64,000 nt of DNA from Tubiluchus corallicola (taxonomy: Eukaryota; Animalia; Priapulida), in NCBI GenBank assembly GCA_030141605.1, contig JAQGDQ010000076.1, positions 1 through 64,000 of the forward strand. Reading direction: 5' to 3'. Shown one piece after another: positions 47,520 to 61,305 of this stretch. Position numbers and translations under genes: made by a program. A model generated the notes under the pieces. The model did no database searches and was not told the DNA's origin. It saw only the letters and a program-made list of their open reading frames with translations. Position 1 is the first letter of the stretch, and the number at the start of each line of letters is the position of its first letter.

Positions 47520-50500
47520 TCGTCGTCGTCGTCGGCTTTCACTCGTTTCCGAGTATTGTCCTTTCGGTCAAAGTTACTAGCTGTGGTGGGCACGTTGGTG
47601 GCTTAACAGCCCGATCCTTGCTCGAAACATTCTGGTGCATTTGTCACATTGGATGGTGGGAGTTACCTGAGGTTGACGGGCCTTCTCTTTCCTTCGTTGA
47701 CGTTTGGCTTCAATTGCTGCTCGTCTGGTTGTTTCAAAATGCTCAGTCCCTTCCTGGATGACTCTTCTCCACTTTGTTCGCTGCCACGCTGTCTGTTCCC
47801 AGGTTTCTGGATCGATCCTTGCTGATTGCAGGGTTTCTTTTAGTTGGTCCTTGTAGCGGCGCCTAGGGCGGCCCAGGGGGCGTTTTCCAGTGCTCAGCTC
47901 ACTGAAGAGGATCCTTCGGGGAAGTCTGTTTTCGTCCATACGTGCTACATGACCTGCCCACCTTAGCCGATGTTTCGTAATCATAGCTTCTATACTAGTG
48001 GTGTTGAATCTCTCGAGAACTGAATTATTGGTGACATAATCATCCCATCTGATGTTGGAAACTGAGCGAAGCTTTTTCTGGTGGAACTGTTCGAGTTTTT
48101 TCAGGTCTTCGCGGTACAGAGTCCATGTTTCACATCCGTAAAGGAGTGTGGAAACGACAATGGCATTATAGACCATCAGCTTGGTTCGACGAGTTAGATG
48201 AGCATTACCAAAGACACGGGTTGAGAGTCTGCCGAAAGCGGCATGGGCAGCTCTAAGCCTATTTTCCACATCCTTTGTTGAGTTGCACTGGACGGAGAGT
48301 AGACTGCCCAGGTACGGGAAATGTTCAACACATTCTAGATCTGCACCATTAATGGAAATGTTACATACTGGTGTGTTTGCTTCAGGTGATGGTTGGACAA
48401 TAACTTTGGTTTTTCCTATGTTGACTGTAAGGCCAAAGCGAGAATATGCGTCACAGAAGTTGCTGACTGATTGTTGCAGGTGATTGGCTGAGTGGGCTGG
48501 TGCCGCATTATCATCCGCATATTGCAGCTCTGTCACTCTGAAGGTTGTGGTGCGGTTCCTGGCTCGAAAACGCGACAGATTGAAGAGCCCCCCATCAAAG
48601 CGGCATCTCAATTCCACCCCTGGATTGTCTGGTGGAAGGTCATGAAGCATAGCAGTGAGATAGAGTGAAAAGAGCGTTGGTGCGAGGACACAGCCTTGTT
48701 TTAGTCCACAAGTGATTGGGAACTCTTCTGAGATAGTGTTTTGGTTGATAACACGTGCCGTCATACCATCATGCATAGCTTGTATCATCTTGATGAAGTC
48801 ATCCGGAAGACCAAAACGTTGTAGGACAGCCCACATGGCTTCTCTCGGAACGCTGTCATAGGCTTTTTCTAAGTCATAGAACACGAGGAAGAGAGGCTTC
48901 CGCTGCTCACGGGCCTTTTCCTGCAGTTGTCGCGCACAGAAGATCATATCAATGGTCCCACGTAAAGCTCGGAACCCACACTGAGATTCAGGTATGATCC
49001 TTTCTGCAACCTCCTGAAGACGGTTCAAGATAATTCTTGACAGAATCTTTCCGGCAATTGAAAGCAGTGATATCCCCCTGTAGTTTCCACACAGGTTGCG
49101 ATCCCCCTTTTTAAAGATAGTGACAATGAGTGCGTTTTTCAGGTTCATCTGGGACTCGTTTTGCTTCCCACATTTGAAGCATCAGGTTGAACAGTCGGTT
49201 CTTGAGAGCAGGTCCACCATGACTGATGAGTTCCACTTGGATATTGTCGGGTCCAGCAGCCTTCCCTCGAGGCATACGCTTAATGGCTGTTTCAAACTCA
49301 ATAAAGTTGGGTGGAACCGATAACTGGGGTTGCAGGGGATGCTGTGGAACATTCCTTAGGAAGTCAGCTGCTGTTGTTGAGTTCCGGTTTAGCAAGGTAT
49401 TAAAGTGCTGTTTCCATCGGTCAAGAATATCTTGGCTCTCGGTCAGGAGGGTGGTGTTGTCGGCTGACATAAGAGTTCCCACTGATGTTCTTCTAGGACC
49501 ATAGATCTCCTTGGTGCCTGCGTAGAAACTTCTAAGGTCTCTGCAATCTGCATGATGTTGAAGTTCTTCTGCCTTCTGTTGCCACCAGTTGTTTTGGAGC
49601 TCCCTCATTCTGGACTGACATTGGCTTTTCAGTTGTTGGAACCTGACTTTCTTCTCGAATGACATGGGATGCTGCTCATGGTCTATCCTGGCTTTTCGCT
49701 TGGCATCAATGAGAGCAGCGATTTCTTGGTCATGGGAGTCAAACCAGTCTTGATGCTTCCTTTCTTGGAGTCCAATTGTGTCTTGGGCTGCCTCTTCCAT
49801 AGCCGTGCGTAGATTAGTCCATTCTGAGTCTAGTGAGGTATTAACTTGGTTTGCAGTTATCTTTTGATTGAGCACATCTCTATAGTTTTGAGACGTGGTT
49901 GGGCTTTTTAGTTTACTGGTGTCATATCTTCTTCTAGCCTGGTTGTTGATGCGAGTTCTTGGTTTTCGATGCAGGCTCATTCTTATTTTGCTGATCAGAA
50001 GACGGTGGTCTGTCCAACAGTCATCAGCACCGGGCAAGCTCCTAGTAACCAAAACATCCTTCTTATGCTGTTGTTTGACAATGACGTAGTCAAGGGTATG
50101 CCATAATTTAGACCGAGGGTGTCTCCATGTTGTTTTGAAACGGTTAGGAAGCCGAAATTGGGTATTAGTGATGAAAAGCTCATGCTCAGCACAAAGGCCA
50201 AGGAGGAGGAGTCCATTTGCATTACAGTTACCAATGCCCTGTTTTCCAATAATGTTTTCCCAGAGGAGATTGTCTTTGCCCACTCTAGCATTAAAGTCTC
50301 CCAAGAGTAGAAGGCGGTCCCTCGCTGGAACTTGGGAGATGGTGTCGCTTAGTTGTTGGTAGAAAGTTTCCTTGACATCATCTTGAGCATCCAATGTTGG
50401 AGCGTAGGCAGAAATCAAGGTGGCAAAGTTATTCTCTGGGAGAGGCACACGAAGAGTCATAAGTCGTTCGTTGATGCCTTTTGGAGCCATGTTATGGTTT

Positions 50501-51427
50501 CTGACCAGTTGACTCCTAATGGCAAAGCCCACTCCGTGGTTCCTCCGTTCCTCTTGGTCTTTTCCCTTCCAGAAGAAGGTGTATCCAGCACCAGTCTCCT
50601 CAAGCTGCCCTTCTTCAGAAATCCGTGTTTCACTGAGAGCAGTTATATCAATGTTGAATCTGGCAAGCTCTTTAGCAACTAGGGCTGTCCGTCGTTCAGG
50701 TCTATCCGAATTTTTGCGATCCAGAAGTGTCCGAACATTCCAAGATCCAATAGTTAGTACGGTAGTTTTAAGATTATTTTCCTTTTTATTTCGCCCGCAG
50801 AAGTGGGTAACCCGCTGGGTGCGGTAGTCCAGCCAGGCAAAAAAAGTGACTTCCGATGTCTAGCCCAAGTTTTCTAGGGCCTTCCTCATTTGAGGTGGGC
50901 AGCGGTGGTCCTGAAAAGGCCTGCCCAGTCACAAGTGCAGGACCGGATCCTTGAGTAGCCACAGTTTCTCAAGAAGGCGACCATCACACACTTGCCGCCA
51001 ACGTGTAGGTCGAGGCTAAGAGCTTCCAGTTTAACCAAACCTGCTCCCGTCACCCTTATCCCATCGCCGTTGGGCTTGAGTTTTATTTGACCGAAAGGTG
51101 GCCATTGGCGTGAGATTGATTAAGGTGGGCAGCTACTTGCCGGGTAGAAGCCCACACACTTGGCTTTCAGATCAATTTCTGTGGCTCCTGGTGGGAGACA
51201 GACAGGATTTCCTTGAAAGTCGCAGCAGGCTGCCATTCTTCCAGTATTTTGAGAGATGCCTTCTAGCCAGCCCGCATGGCATTGCCCTCATCCGCCATCT
51301 CAGCCGTTGAGAACTAAGCATGGTTCATTTCCGCCTGATCCGCCGTTGGGGTCTTCGGTCGTAACCCTGACCAGGGTGAAGCGTTATACCCCGCGACATT
51401 GGGTCTTTGCCTGAACTTGGTAACCTT
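47520..51427 (-). mobile_element. Near-intact, apparently full-length RTE-clade LINE (APE endonuclease + RT + C-terminal zinc finger)
   Basis: ORF starts ...LTIGSWNVRTLLD, with LLGDFNARVG, TDHR, NYRGISLL, QGCVLAPTLF, LQYADD and CDKC...SHQRAH; (GAC)n 3' tail; GC-rich structured 5' UTR; a single +1 frameshift near 49145. Confidence 0.95.
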
Positions 51428-52540
51428 ATTATTATTAGCCTAATTACTGGAGTAGCGTACGAGTACTACTAACACCCCCTCGTCTTGTAGTTGCGTTCTG
51501 CAATACCTGCCATACTCGTGGCTGTTTTCAAACGTGTAAAACCTGTACAGGTATGAAGTATAAATGATACATACTTTACACCTATAACCAGAGATGTGAG
51601 ATCTGACAGCCAGTCGGCCGTTATTGAAAGGCTTCGGTCACGTAATATGATCATCGTCTGATTTTTCACTATTGGCAGTACGCGTCACTATCTTTTTCTG
51701 TCAACAGCCTGTCGTCTAAACTTGAAGTCAAGCTGAAGTTTATGGTGGACAGTCCATTGCTGGTGAATCAAACCATTGTTAGTAAATCCTATGATGTTAC
51801 CCCACAGTTTAGCAGCTGCCGTTTCACATGATTTCATATCGTGTTTGGTAAGCTAAGAATTTTGTGCTTTTGTTGAGCGTTTGCTAGCTACCATAATTCC
51901 GTGTGTATGGTCATCGTTGGATTGCCGTTATCGACAGTGCGTCATCATTTGCGCGTGATACCCCCCCCCCCATTAACACTGCCCTTCTCTATCATTAGGC
52001 TAGGGAATATATCTGCTTATTTGCTGTACTGTGATTGACTGTTAATACTATCTATGTCTTTCTTACTGGTAGAAATCGATTAAAGCAGTGGTCAATTAAA
52101 TTTTGTTATATACAGCTTAATAACTATTTTTGGTTTTCTACCAGCCATTGAATATCGCTAGCTCATTAATTCTCCTAGGCTCGGGTTCCATGTGCCCCAA
52201 AAAACAAAGCTTTAGCCTGACTCCAAGTTTCTAGTAGAAAGTTATCTAACACCAAAGAACCCCAGAATCACATGTTACACCTCATTTATAGGACGATCGT
52301 GCCTCCTTTTCATGACATTGAGAATAAGAGTGCGTTGTCTATAAACATGGCGTTACATCGTGTTCTTTGTATTTACGATATCAGGATGAGCAAATGGGCT
52401 AATAGAGTCCTCTGTTGTTCTATGAACAGGTTCGCTCTGTCGAGTTGCTCGCATCAACCCTCAGCGACTCATGTCAGCAATTCCGGGGAGGGGAGGACAA
52501 AGAGGAAAGTAAAACACATTAGCCAACGCAAGTCAGAGGC

Positions 52541-55500
52541 TCAGAGACCGTTAGCATGATAAGGAAGCAAGGCAACAAAAGCTTGTTGCACTAGAATTGA
52601 AAATGAATTTGCGAAACTGAAAATATAAATTAAAGTAATGAGATTGTAAGCTAAGAAAAGGGTTAACACAAACTTTTGAGTTGTAGTTTTTAGTGGATAC
52701 TTTCTGGAAGCATTACTGTGTAATTGTGGTACCACCACGAGACCTTCAAAACAACAAGGCTAGTGACACTAAAACTCTTATAGATAACAAAGTGATGTGA
52801 AAATAAGAATAATAAAAATTATCTCAAGGAACAATTACTCATTTGGATATTGATGATTTGTGAAAGATCAGTGCACTGGCTTCAATTAAAATCACAGGTA
52901 AATATAGAAAAATTCTACACATTCAGTGATGCTAAAAGTATCAGATCCTATATAGAGAAATGCAAAACTTACGCTTCACAGACACATCTATTTGGTTTGA
53001 ACTGACTGAGCCAAGAGCGTTTATTGCTTGACACTCGTATTCTCCAGTATCCCGGGTCCTTGCATTACGTCTTGTAAGAACATCACCTGTGTCAGGCATA
53101 ATTTTACCATCCACTTTCCAGGTGAAGGTTGGTGGTGGATTGGCGTCAGCATCACATTTCAGCTCCAATGTTGATAACATTACAATCTCTGAACTTCCAG
53201 TAATAATGCTGAGATTTGCAGTGCGAGGTTTGTCTAAGAAAAATAAACCAAAAATTTTACTCAGGGTATTAAACACAGAGCTTTACATAAAAACACGTAT
53301 ATAGAGTCTTATATGAAAAACAGGTACTTCTACTCAAATGTTTTTTAACTGCACATTAAAAACTCTGCTACGTTTGAAGTGCAAAACCAATACATTTTAT
53401 TATGCGATACCATAGATTAAAAAGCCATGCATACATAAATACCCATTTCAGAATACTCACCTAATGTCAACATAACAACTCATTTTATTAACTAATGCTT
53501 GTCAGTAGAGTAAGGTCAGCTACATCAGTAGAGTTATATCAGTAAAGTCTACAGTCTTTGCTAACTTCATTTATCCAAGTGCTCACAAATTATTATTTTA
53601 ACCACCCATATCATAAGGAATTAAGTAAGTAAGTCTCTTGTTTGTTGAGGGATTATATCTTTAAAAGTCAACAACCCAGGCTAGTATAACCAGGCGAATG
53701 AAATGGTTGAAAGAGGTTTTCCCAGAGTCACAGCAAATTCAAACGTTTTATGTTTAATTTATAGCTAATGTATAGGCGATTTAGAGAGTACTTTTATAGT
53801 ACAAAACTGTGCAGTGACAAATAGAGAAATTAGTTCTGACATTTCTGACTGTAATTCAATATGACGTCTAACAAAGAACAATTGTTGTAAATAAGTAATT
53901 GCACCACAATCTTTATTGCTCTTTCTTCTTTCTTTCTTTTATTCATCTCTACCTAGAAACTGCAGTGAAGATTAACAAGGTACTAATAATATGCTTTTCG
54001 TAAATTCAGTCTGATAACTTGAAAAGCTCCCACACTTTAAGGGCAAACAAAAATAAGTAGATTGTTTACAAGTTTGTGACATAGTGCCAAAGCCATTCTG
54101 TCGATTTAAAGGTTCGTGACAACCACATTGCTCTATACTGAATTTTCCCAGTGCTAGATTTTCACACTGCTAAAAATTTCTAGAAGTAACTCTTCCCGGT
54201 ACCAAAATTTCCTCGTACCAAACTTACTGTAATGCCAAAATTTTCCATGTTTTTCAGTTTGTTTACAGTTGCATCAACTTGCAGTGGGGGAGTTTGTGAG
54301 AATGTTCGTTACTCATCAAGTTTGGCTTGGCTAAACGCTGCTTGCGATCTGAGTGTTAATAAATCAACTGCATTGACAGAAGCCAAGTTTTGATCAATAT
54401 TTGAGTTGTTTTCACGTTTAGAAGTAATGACTGGGTAATTAGCATAATAGCAATTATTTACATACGGTATAACAAAAGTATCTTTCAAGGCCTTTTCCTT
54501 GCAAAAAGTGTCAAAAGAAACAGTCTGCACATGCGAGTGTAAATAACACTGTCGACGTACCTTTGCAATACTTTCTATTATCGTAAACCCAAATTAGATC
54601 TGGGCTTATACATATCTCCCCCGCCTAGTTGTTTAAGTCAGCCTAATCGCTCAGTTAACCTGGGTTTAGACTCGCCATCTGTTACGTTTATTTAATACAG
54701 ATTAGTTCTGCTGAGTTAGGACCAGTTAAATACAACAAATAAATAAAAGCTTCTCTAAGTTAATGGTTGTTTTCATATCTTTATATGTTAACAAGCTGCT
54801 GTCAGTTCTTAATCTTAATCTTAATCTAACTGCAAGGAAGAACAGCTACTGACTCAATCTTGATGTCTGTGGACTGTGGAAAGACCAGATTCTTCTTCGA
54901 TAACAAGGCCATAATTCCTGTAAGAAATGACACAGCGACAGCGGTATCGCAATCAGATTTTAATGAGATTTGTTCATGCATCCCTTCACAGCAGAAAGCA
55001 GCTAAAATGAGCATGGCGAATGAAACCACTCAAACCAGCTGGTTTCTAACACTGGTGCTTCGTCACCCATCCAGTAGCAAACATGCACAAGGCCAAATTT
55101 GTACATGTCAAACATAAAACATTTTATAAAAGTTTCTAGATTACTTACAAAGAACATTTAGAGAAATATTTGGAGTAGAGACGTGCAGAGTATGTACTGT
55201 TATGTAACATCTGATGATCTTTCCATCATCACCCTCCATGCCAGGTGAAAATACATGTCTCAAGGTGCTAGTTGAAGTCACAAGGTGTGTTGTGCTATTA
55301 GTCAAGTTTTCTTGGCCAGCAGAAGATGTTATGTCTTTTTCACCTAAAAGACGCAAAACAGGCAGAATGATAACATTAATGTTGGAAGTGAATCAACAGC
55401 CAATTTGACTTCTGACAGGGTTAGAAAATTCAGCTAAACGTTTGAGGTCTGACAGGGTTAGAAAAATCAGCTAAACGTTTTTTAGTCTGACAGGGCTAGA

Positions 55501-58500
55501 AAATTCAGCTAAACGTTTTTTAGTCTAACATGGCTCAAAAACTTAGATAAACATTTTAAGTTTAGCAGAAAATTCAATTAAACTTTGACAACTTGTAATA
55601 TCATCGTGTATCATCATGTATCATCGTGTATTGCGCCTCTCGTCTTATGCCTCCCATATGTTATAAATGACAAAAATGTACACACATTTGGCAGACTGCA
55701 TTGAGTTTCTTTCTTGACAACCAATATGAAATCTCCCTTACTACTGGTGGTTCTTTAAACTATAGTCTTATAAGGTTGTGAATTCCCGTGAAAGCATCAC
55801 TACTAAGACAATGCACAGTTGCTGTAGGTCAAAGGTTAAGTGTACCAAGGCAACGCATAATAACTACAACCATCATGTGACATGTGGGTAAAGTTTCAGT
55901 CCTTCTTGCTTTCCCACTCCTAAATCTTTTTCAATAACTCTATTTCAATAAAAAAATTCTCACACAAGTATTCCCCCACCATCGCCTCATTTATAATGTA
56001 GATTTGTATTAGTTCAGAATTATTACTAAGGCCAGCAGTAAAAGAAAATTTAGCAATTTTTCAAAATAAATCAGTGTTATACTAAAAGATACTTCCATTC
56101 CATTAACTCATTTCAAAAACTTTGTAACAAAGTTATCCTGTACAGTATAAACCTGCTACTTACATGAGCTAATGAAAGATATTGACACCATTTCCTGAAG
56201 GGAATGTCTGATATATTTCTGGGAGTTTTAGTAATTTTTGCCTTTTATAAGCAAGCACAAAGGATTCTAGTTTGTCTAGTTTGTAATAATACTGGGCCTA
56301 TAACAGCAAATACAGAAATGTTGAACATAATTCACTTACCTAAGTACCACTTAATTTCAGGAGTAGGATTGGCCTCTGCAATGATACACTTGAAAGTTTC
56401 CTCTGAATTGTTGGCCCTGACAGTAACCTGATTTGTTAATATTTCTTCATCATTTAACAACATCTTTACTTCCTGTGGTTCCACTGTTAAACAAGAAAAA
56501 CAAAATGATGACATCCTTTTAACAATTGGACGAAAATTATAGTGAGTCAAAGTCAATTAGTTAAAAGCATACTAAGATCAGTTTGTAGCATGATGAGTGC
56601 AAATGGGGGATTGCGTAATTGGCAGTTTCAATGTTAAAAATTATGATTCTATTTTTAGATAAAATATCTATGATACTAGAATTGCCCAGCCACAAAAATC
56701 ATCACAAAATCAAAAGCTCAAAAATCAAGTTACAAGTGTGAAAGTTGAGTAACGCATCAGACATTGATTCGTTTACAATGAGTGAATTTTTTCTTGCACT
56801 AGAATGCTTGCTCCTTGCTGTGCTTATGTTTATTTGCCAATGCAGAAGAGAATAAAAATCACTTTTTATAAATCTATCTCATAGGTATTTCTAGTTGTAT
56901 ACTAATAACTTAACTTTTGCTCTTTTTTGTGTCTTGGTAATTTTAAAGTCATAAACGTACTGACTCTTTGGCTGAAACTTTAGCGTTGAAATTGACAAAC
57001 ATGTGGATTCCTAGTAGTTCACATTCTGTCACGTATTTAATGTCAATTTCACATAAAAAGGCAAAAATAATTGCGCTCTATGAAAACAAAAATACCCACA
57101 TTATAATCTCAAAAATTTGCCTAATACTGTCAAAGTGCTTTATACAATGTTAGAACACTAGCAGTCGTAAAACATATGACTCCTACAAACTAAAACACTT
57201 TCGTTTAAAGTATTTTCTTTACACCAAAAGGTTAGCTTATATTTTCTCTATACATTTGTGCTTTTTCTGTTTTTCTTATAAGTACAGCAACATTTGAACA
57301 AACACATTTTTCTCATAATTATATTCCTCTTCTTTATTACAGTTTAAATTTGTTGCTACACAAGGAAGAATTGTCAGAAATGGTACAACGGCAATTCTTT
57401 GTCATACTATTACATTGATTTCTCGTTGTTCCTAGCAGAGATATATTTATTACTGTGTTCACTTTTACCATTAAATACGTCTATTCGTTTATAATTACTT
57501 TTATATCTTTTATCAGTTGTATAAACTGAAGCAAATTCTAACTAAACTACACTAGGTCATGTCCTTACTAGTAATTTAGATTACTGTTAAACTTTATAGA
57601 ATGCTGCTGCCCTGTCTGTCCCTTGCACGCTGTAGTTTTACGTACCCTGGTTTCCAGTGAAATTCATAAGTCAGTAATATATTTTACTTTTTACTTTTTT
57701 AGGTACTAAATGAAATGTCACGAGATACTGAGTATAAGCCAACTCCTTCTCTCAGAGGATCTGGTACCCACTCACATGTAGTGAAAAGACACAATCAAAA
57801 TTGGATTAACAGCATCATCCTACAAACTGCAACGAATGTGAAATTCTTTGCCAATTCACATTTGATCTGAAACGTCTTTTACTTATTTCAGATATCATAT
57901 TATTCTACAACTTTTTTGCGTGAATTTTGACATTTTTCACTTTTACTTGTAACAGTTTGCCAATTTCAAGTCTCTTAGCTATAATGTTTTACAGGAATCT
58001 GTCACGTTTTATTAATAATTTCCAATTTTTGTTCATTGTACAACACAAAGTTTTAGCAGGCTTTACATATTAAGAAGATTAAAAACTCACTACAGCAGTT
58101 CCATATTTCTGTGCAATTAAGTTACAGCCAAATCATTGAATACATGTCATAAAATATGTTTATATGTATTAATGACTTACCTATTACAGACAATTTTGCT
58201 TCATCTGAATCTTCCAGAACGTCAGGATATTTAAATAATTGACACACGTAGGTTCCATCGTCTTCTGGCACTCCCACATCATCAATTTTAATACTATGCA
58301 GGCCATTTAATACTGGATTCTCATACATATAAGATATTCGACCAGAGATATTAAGAAAGTTTCCATCTTTAAGCCATGTCACGTTGTAGTTAATAACAGA
58401 GACGAGTGCCATATTAATTCTACATTCAAGTTTTGCTGTTGAGCCTTGTGGAACTCCCAGGCTGGATGGCTGCATGTCAAAATATTCGCTGCTGGCATCT

Positions 58501-61305
58501 GTAAATATAAATATCAACAACACATGTTTTTGGCCGACTTTTGTGAACCAGCATATCATTTCTATTAAGTAAAAACAACAAAAACCAAAACTTGATCCCT
58601 GAGGTGTACCTACAGCTAGAACAGCCAAAAATAGTACAAATATTCAGTGTTCAAAGCGATAGTCATCAAATTATTGTCATCAAAACTAAAAATTTTGAGT
58701 AACACAACTTTATCTTAGAAGATCAAACACCTTTCATAAATTGAGATACGATATGACAGCTAGTGTTGGGTTTTAAACTTGAGTATTTCAGATATATCAA
58801 AAAAATCTGATTAAGGTGTTTAAGCAAATAAAAATGTCAAAACTTGGTGGTAAATGCACCCTTTCAGAAAATTAGGAAAAATTGTGGCAATCCAATAGTT
58901 TCGTTAGTCAGTGATAGTTATGGGACAAGGACATCGTGTCCAGATCTAATAAACACATTTATCTGTTCTTAAATATTCCTATATCAAGTGTCTTTAAATC
59001 TGATTTGAGTTGAGTTGAGTATCTCATTCTGTTCACGTTCTCTGAGATGCTCGCAAATGTATTCAGGAAATGTACCGCATTTAGGAAAAAAATTTTCAAT
59101 GTCAGAATCCTTTTGTTATTCTTTATATTTATTTTTGCATAAATTGTACTTATCAATCAAGATAAAGTACTTTTAAACTAACATAGTTAATAATACAGAT
59201 CACTGGCAACATGACTACGTATCATTTTCATTGATTGTCACTGTAATTTATAAACTAGTTTCTATTCATTCGCAGATAAAATCTATTTTGTCATCAGCTT
59301 ATATTTTGATCCTAATTATCTTTGTTTTACAATCGCTTCGCAATGCTGTATTAAAACTGATATAAAAATATAATTATATAATTACAAAGTAATATAAATA
59401 ACTGAAAGTGGGCAATTTATACAAGCATATTAATTAATAAAAAAGACTGTCTTTACTGAAAAGCGAAAGTTGTTAATAAAAAGAGCAATTTTCGAAATTT
59501 ATGCTTATTGTAGTGTCTTACCTATTATGGTTATTACTGCTGAATCTGAATCTTTTTCATCTGGAGTTTTGAAATATCGGCACTCGTAGGTTCCCTCATC
59601 TTCTGAAATGTTGACGTCGTCAATTCTAATTTTGTAAATTCCTGTCTCTTTTGGGTTGTTGTCGACGTAAGAGATCCGTCCTTCAATTTCTAGACCATTT
59701 CCATTTTTGAACCATTTCACCTTATAAGTGGCAGTTACTTCTTCGATGTTAACATGACATTCAAGGTCTGCTGTTGAACCTTGGATAAGTGGTAATCTGA
59801 GTGGCTGCTGGTCAAGATGTTCATTTCTTACAGCTAATGAAAAACAAGTAAGAATTACCAGAAATAAATTACAGGAGTAACTAATAATAGGCTGAATCTC
59901 ACAGTTTTTAATAACATATTTACATATTAACAGTAACAAGTCTAATTGTCGTTTAACTATAATCACTTAGTCTCATAATCCATGGTTCCATCATATTATT
60001 TGAATGTGCAAATAGCTCAATATTGCCAGTTTCTTGTTTTATCAGTATGTTACTCTCTTCATAATCATGTCATAGCAACTACCAAGGTATTTAATTCGTT
60101 CTTCAAGTTTCATTTATAATAGGACTACTAATATCGCTTTGTATTTACACTATGCACTAGTCTAACCTACTTATATGTACAAGAGTTAGCCCACTACTAT
60201 TGGAAATCGGAATTTACCTTGCACTCTAGGTTTCTAACACCATTGTTGTTGGTGATATATTGTTGGATGATTATGACAATAATGATGCTACTATGATGAC
60301 GAGAATTAAATGATGATTTATAGTTATGAAATAAAAATATTTTACAAAAATCGTTTTGAAAAAACTAAAAAATTTGAAGGATTTTTGAACTAAAAAATAC
60401 AGCTTGTTAATAGACAAAATAATCGAAGTCAAAGAAATTTTTGTCTTTACAATTTTTGCCGTTTATAACTAATTTTGTACATAAGATGTAGTCGTTAGCA
60501 TAGACTTTAAGAAACTAACATCAAAAAGCAGAGGAAACTGATCAAGTTTGCTATAATCGTAAGTCAGAGACACTATCAAAAGCAATAATAATTCGTTTGT
60601 GAATTTTTGATAATTGGCTATTTTTAAATTATACATAAAAGACTGGAAAATGACCCAATCGAAGGTAAAATAATTAAGAAACAACAAATTGAATTAAACA
60701 TATTGTCACAAGCGTCACATTAAATACGTGCCATGAAAAGTGTAATTGACAAATTACATAATTATGCATGTTTTATTTACCTTAAAAAACATTTGATGCT
60801 ATTTACAGTCATTTTTTATTTTAAAAATGGCCAAAATATGATTTAGGTACACAACATAATAAAAAGCAAGTACGCCTCTATAAATGAGCAATTTAAAATC
60901 TTGAACAATAATTTACCTGATTTTTTCCAGTAAATATCGGCGTTACACAGGGATGCATACTATGTCCAGTTTTGTTTAATTTGTTTATAAAAGACATTAG
61001 AATCACAACGATTTTTCATTATAAGTGTAATTCGCCCATATTAAATATCAATTTCTTGCAATTACAAATTTGTAATTACTTCTCAGGAAGGCTTAGATTT
61101 AAACAATAAATCGTCAGAGTTAGTAAAAGCATTACTATTATTCCACACAATATTTTTATCTAAAAGTACTAAAAGTACTTATTTATACTATCAAAAAGAG
61201 CTTAATTAAAAACTAAGAATTAGCTTTTCAAAAAACATAACAATAAATTCGCTTACCGCTTACAGCAAATACCAGTAGAATGGCTACTTTTGCAGTGAGT
61301 GACAT
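52541..61305 (-). CDS. Secreted or cell-surface immunoglobulin-superfamily protein with four Ig domains
   Basis: Signal exon 61305-61257 (MSLTAKVAILLVFAVS); phase-1 Ig exons 59833-59522, 58498-58181, 56483-56340 + 55343-55149 and 53233-52973 with C...W...D-x-G-x-Y-x-C motifs; candidate hydrophobic terminal exon ~52743-52541. Confidence 0.88.
55411..55560. repeat. ~39-bp tandem repeat x3-4
   Basis: Unit tctgacagggttagaaaattcagctaaacgttt. Confidence 0.8.

Noticed and set aside
50800-51427. HDV-like ribozyme in the RTE 5' UTR
   Set aside because: Known for some RTE elements, but I could not build the nested double pseudoknot by eye; it needs a motif search.
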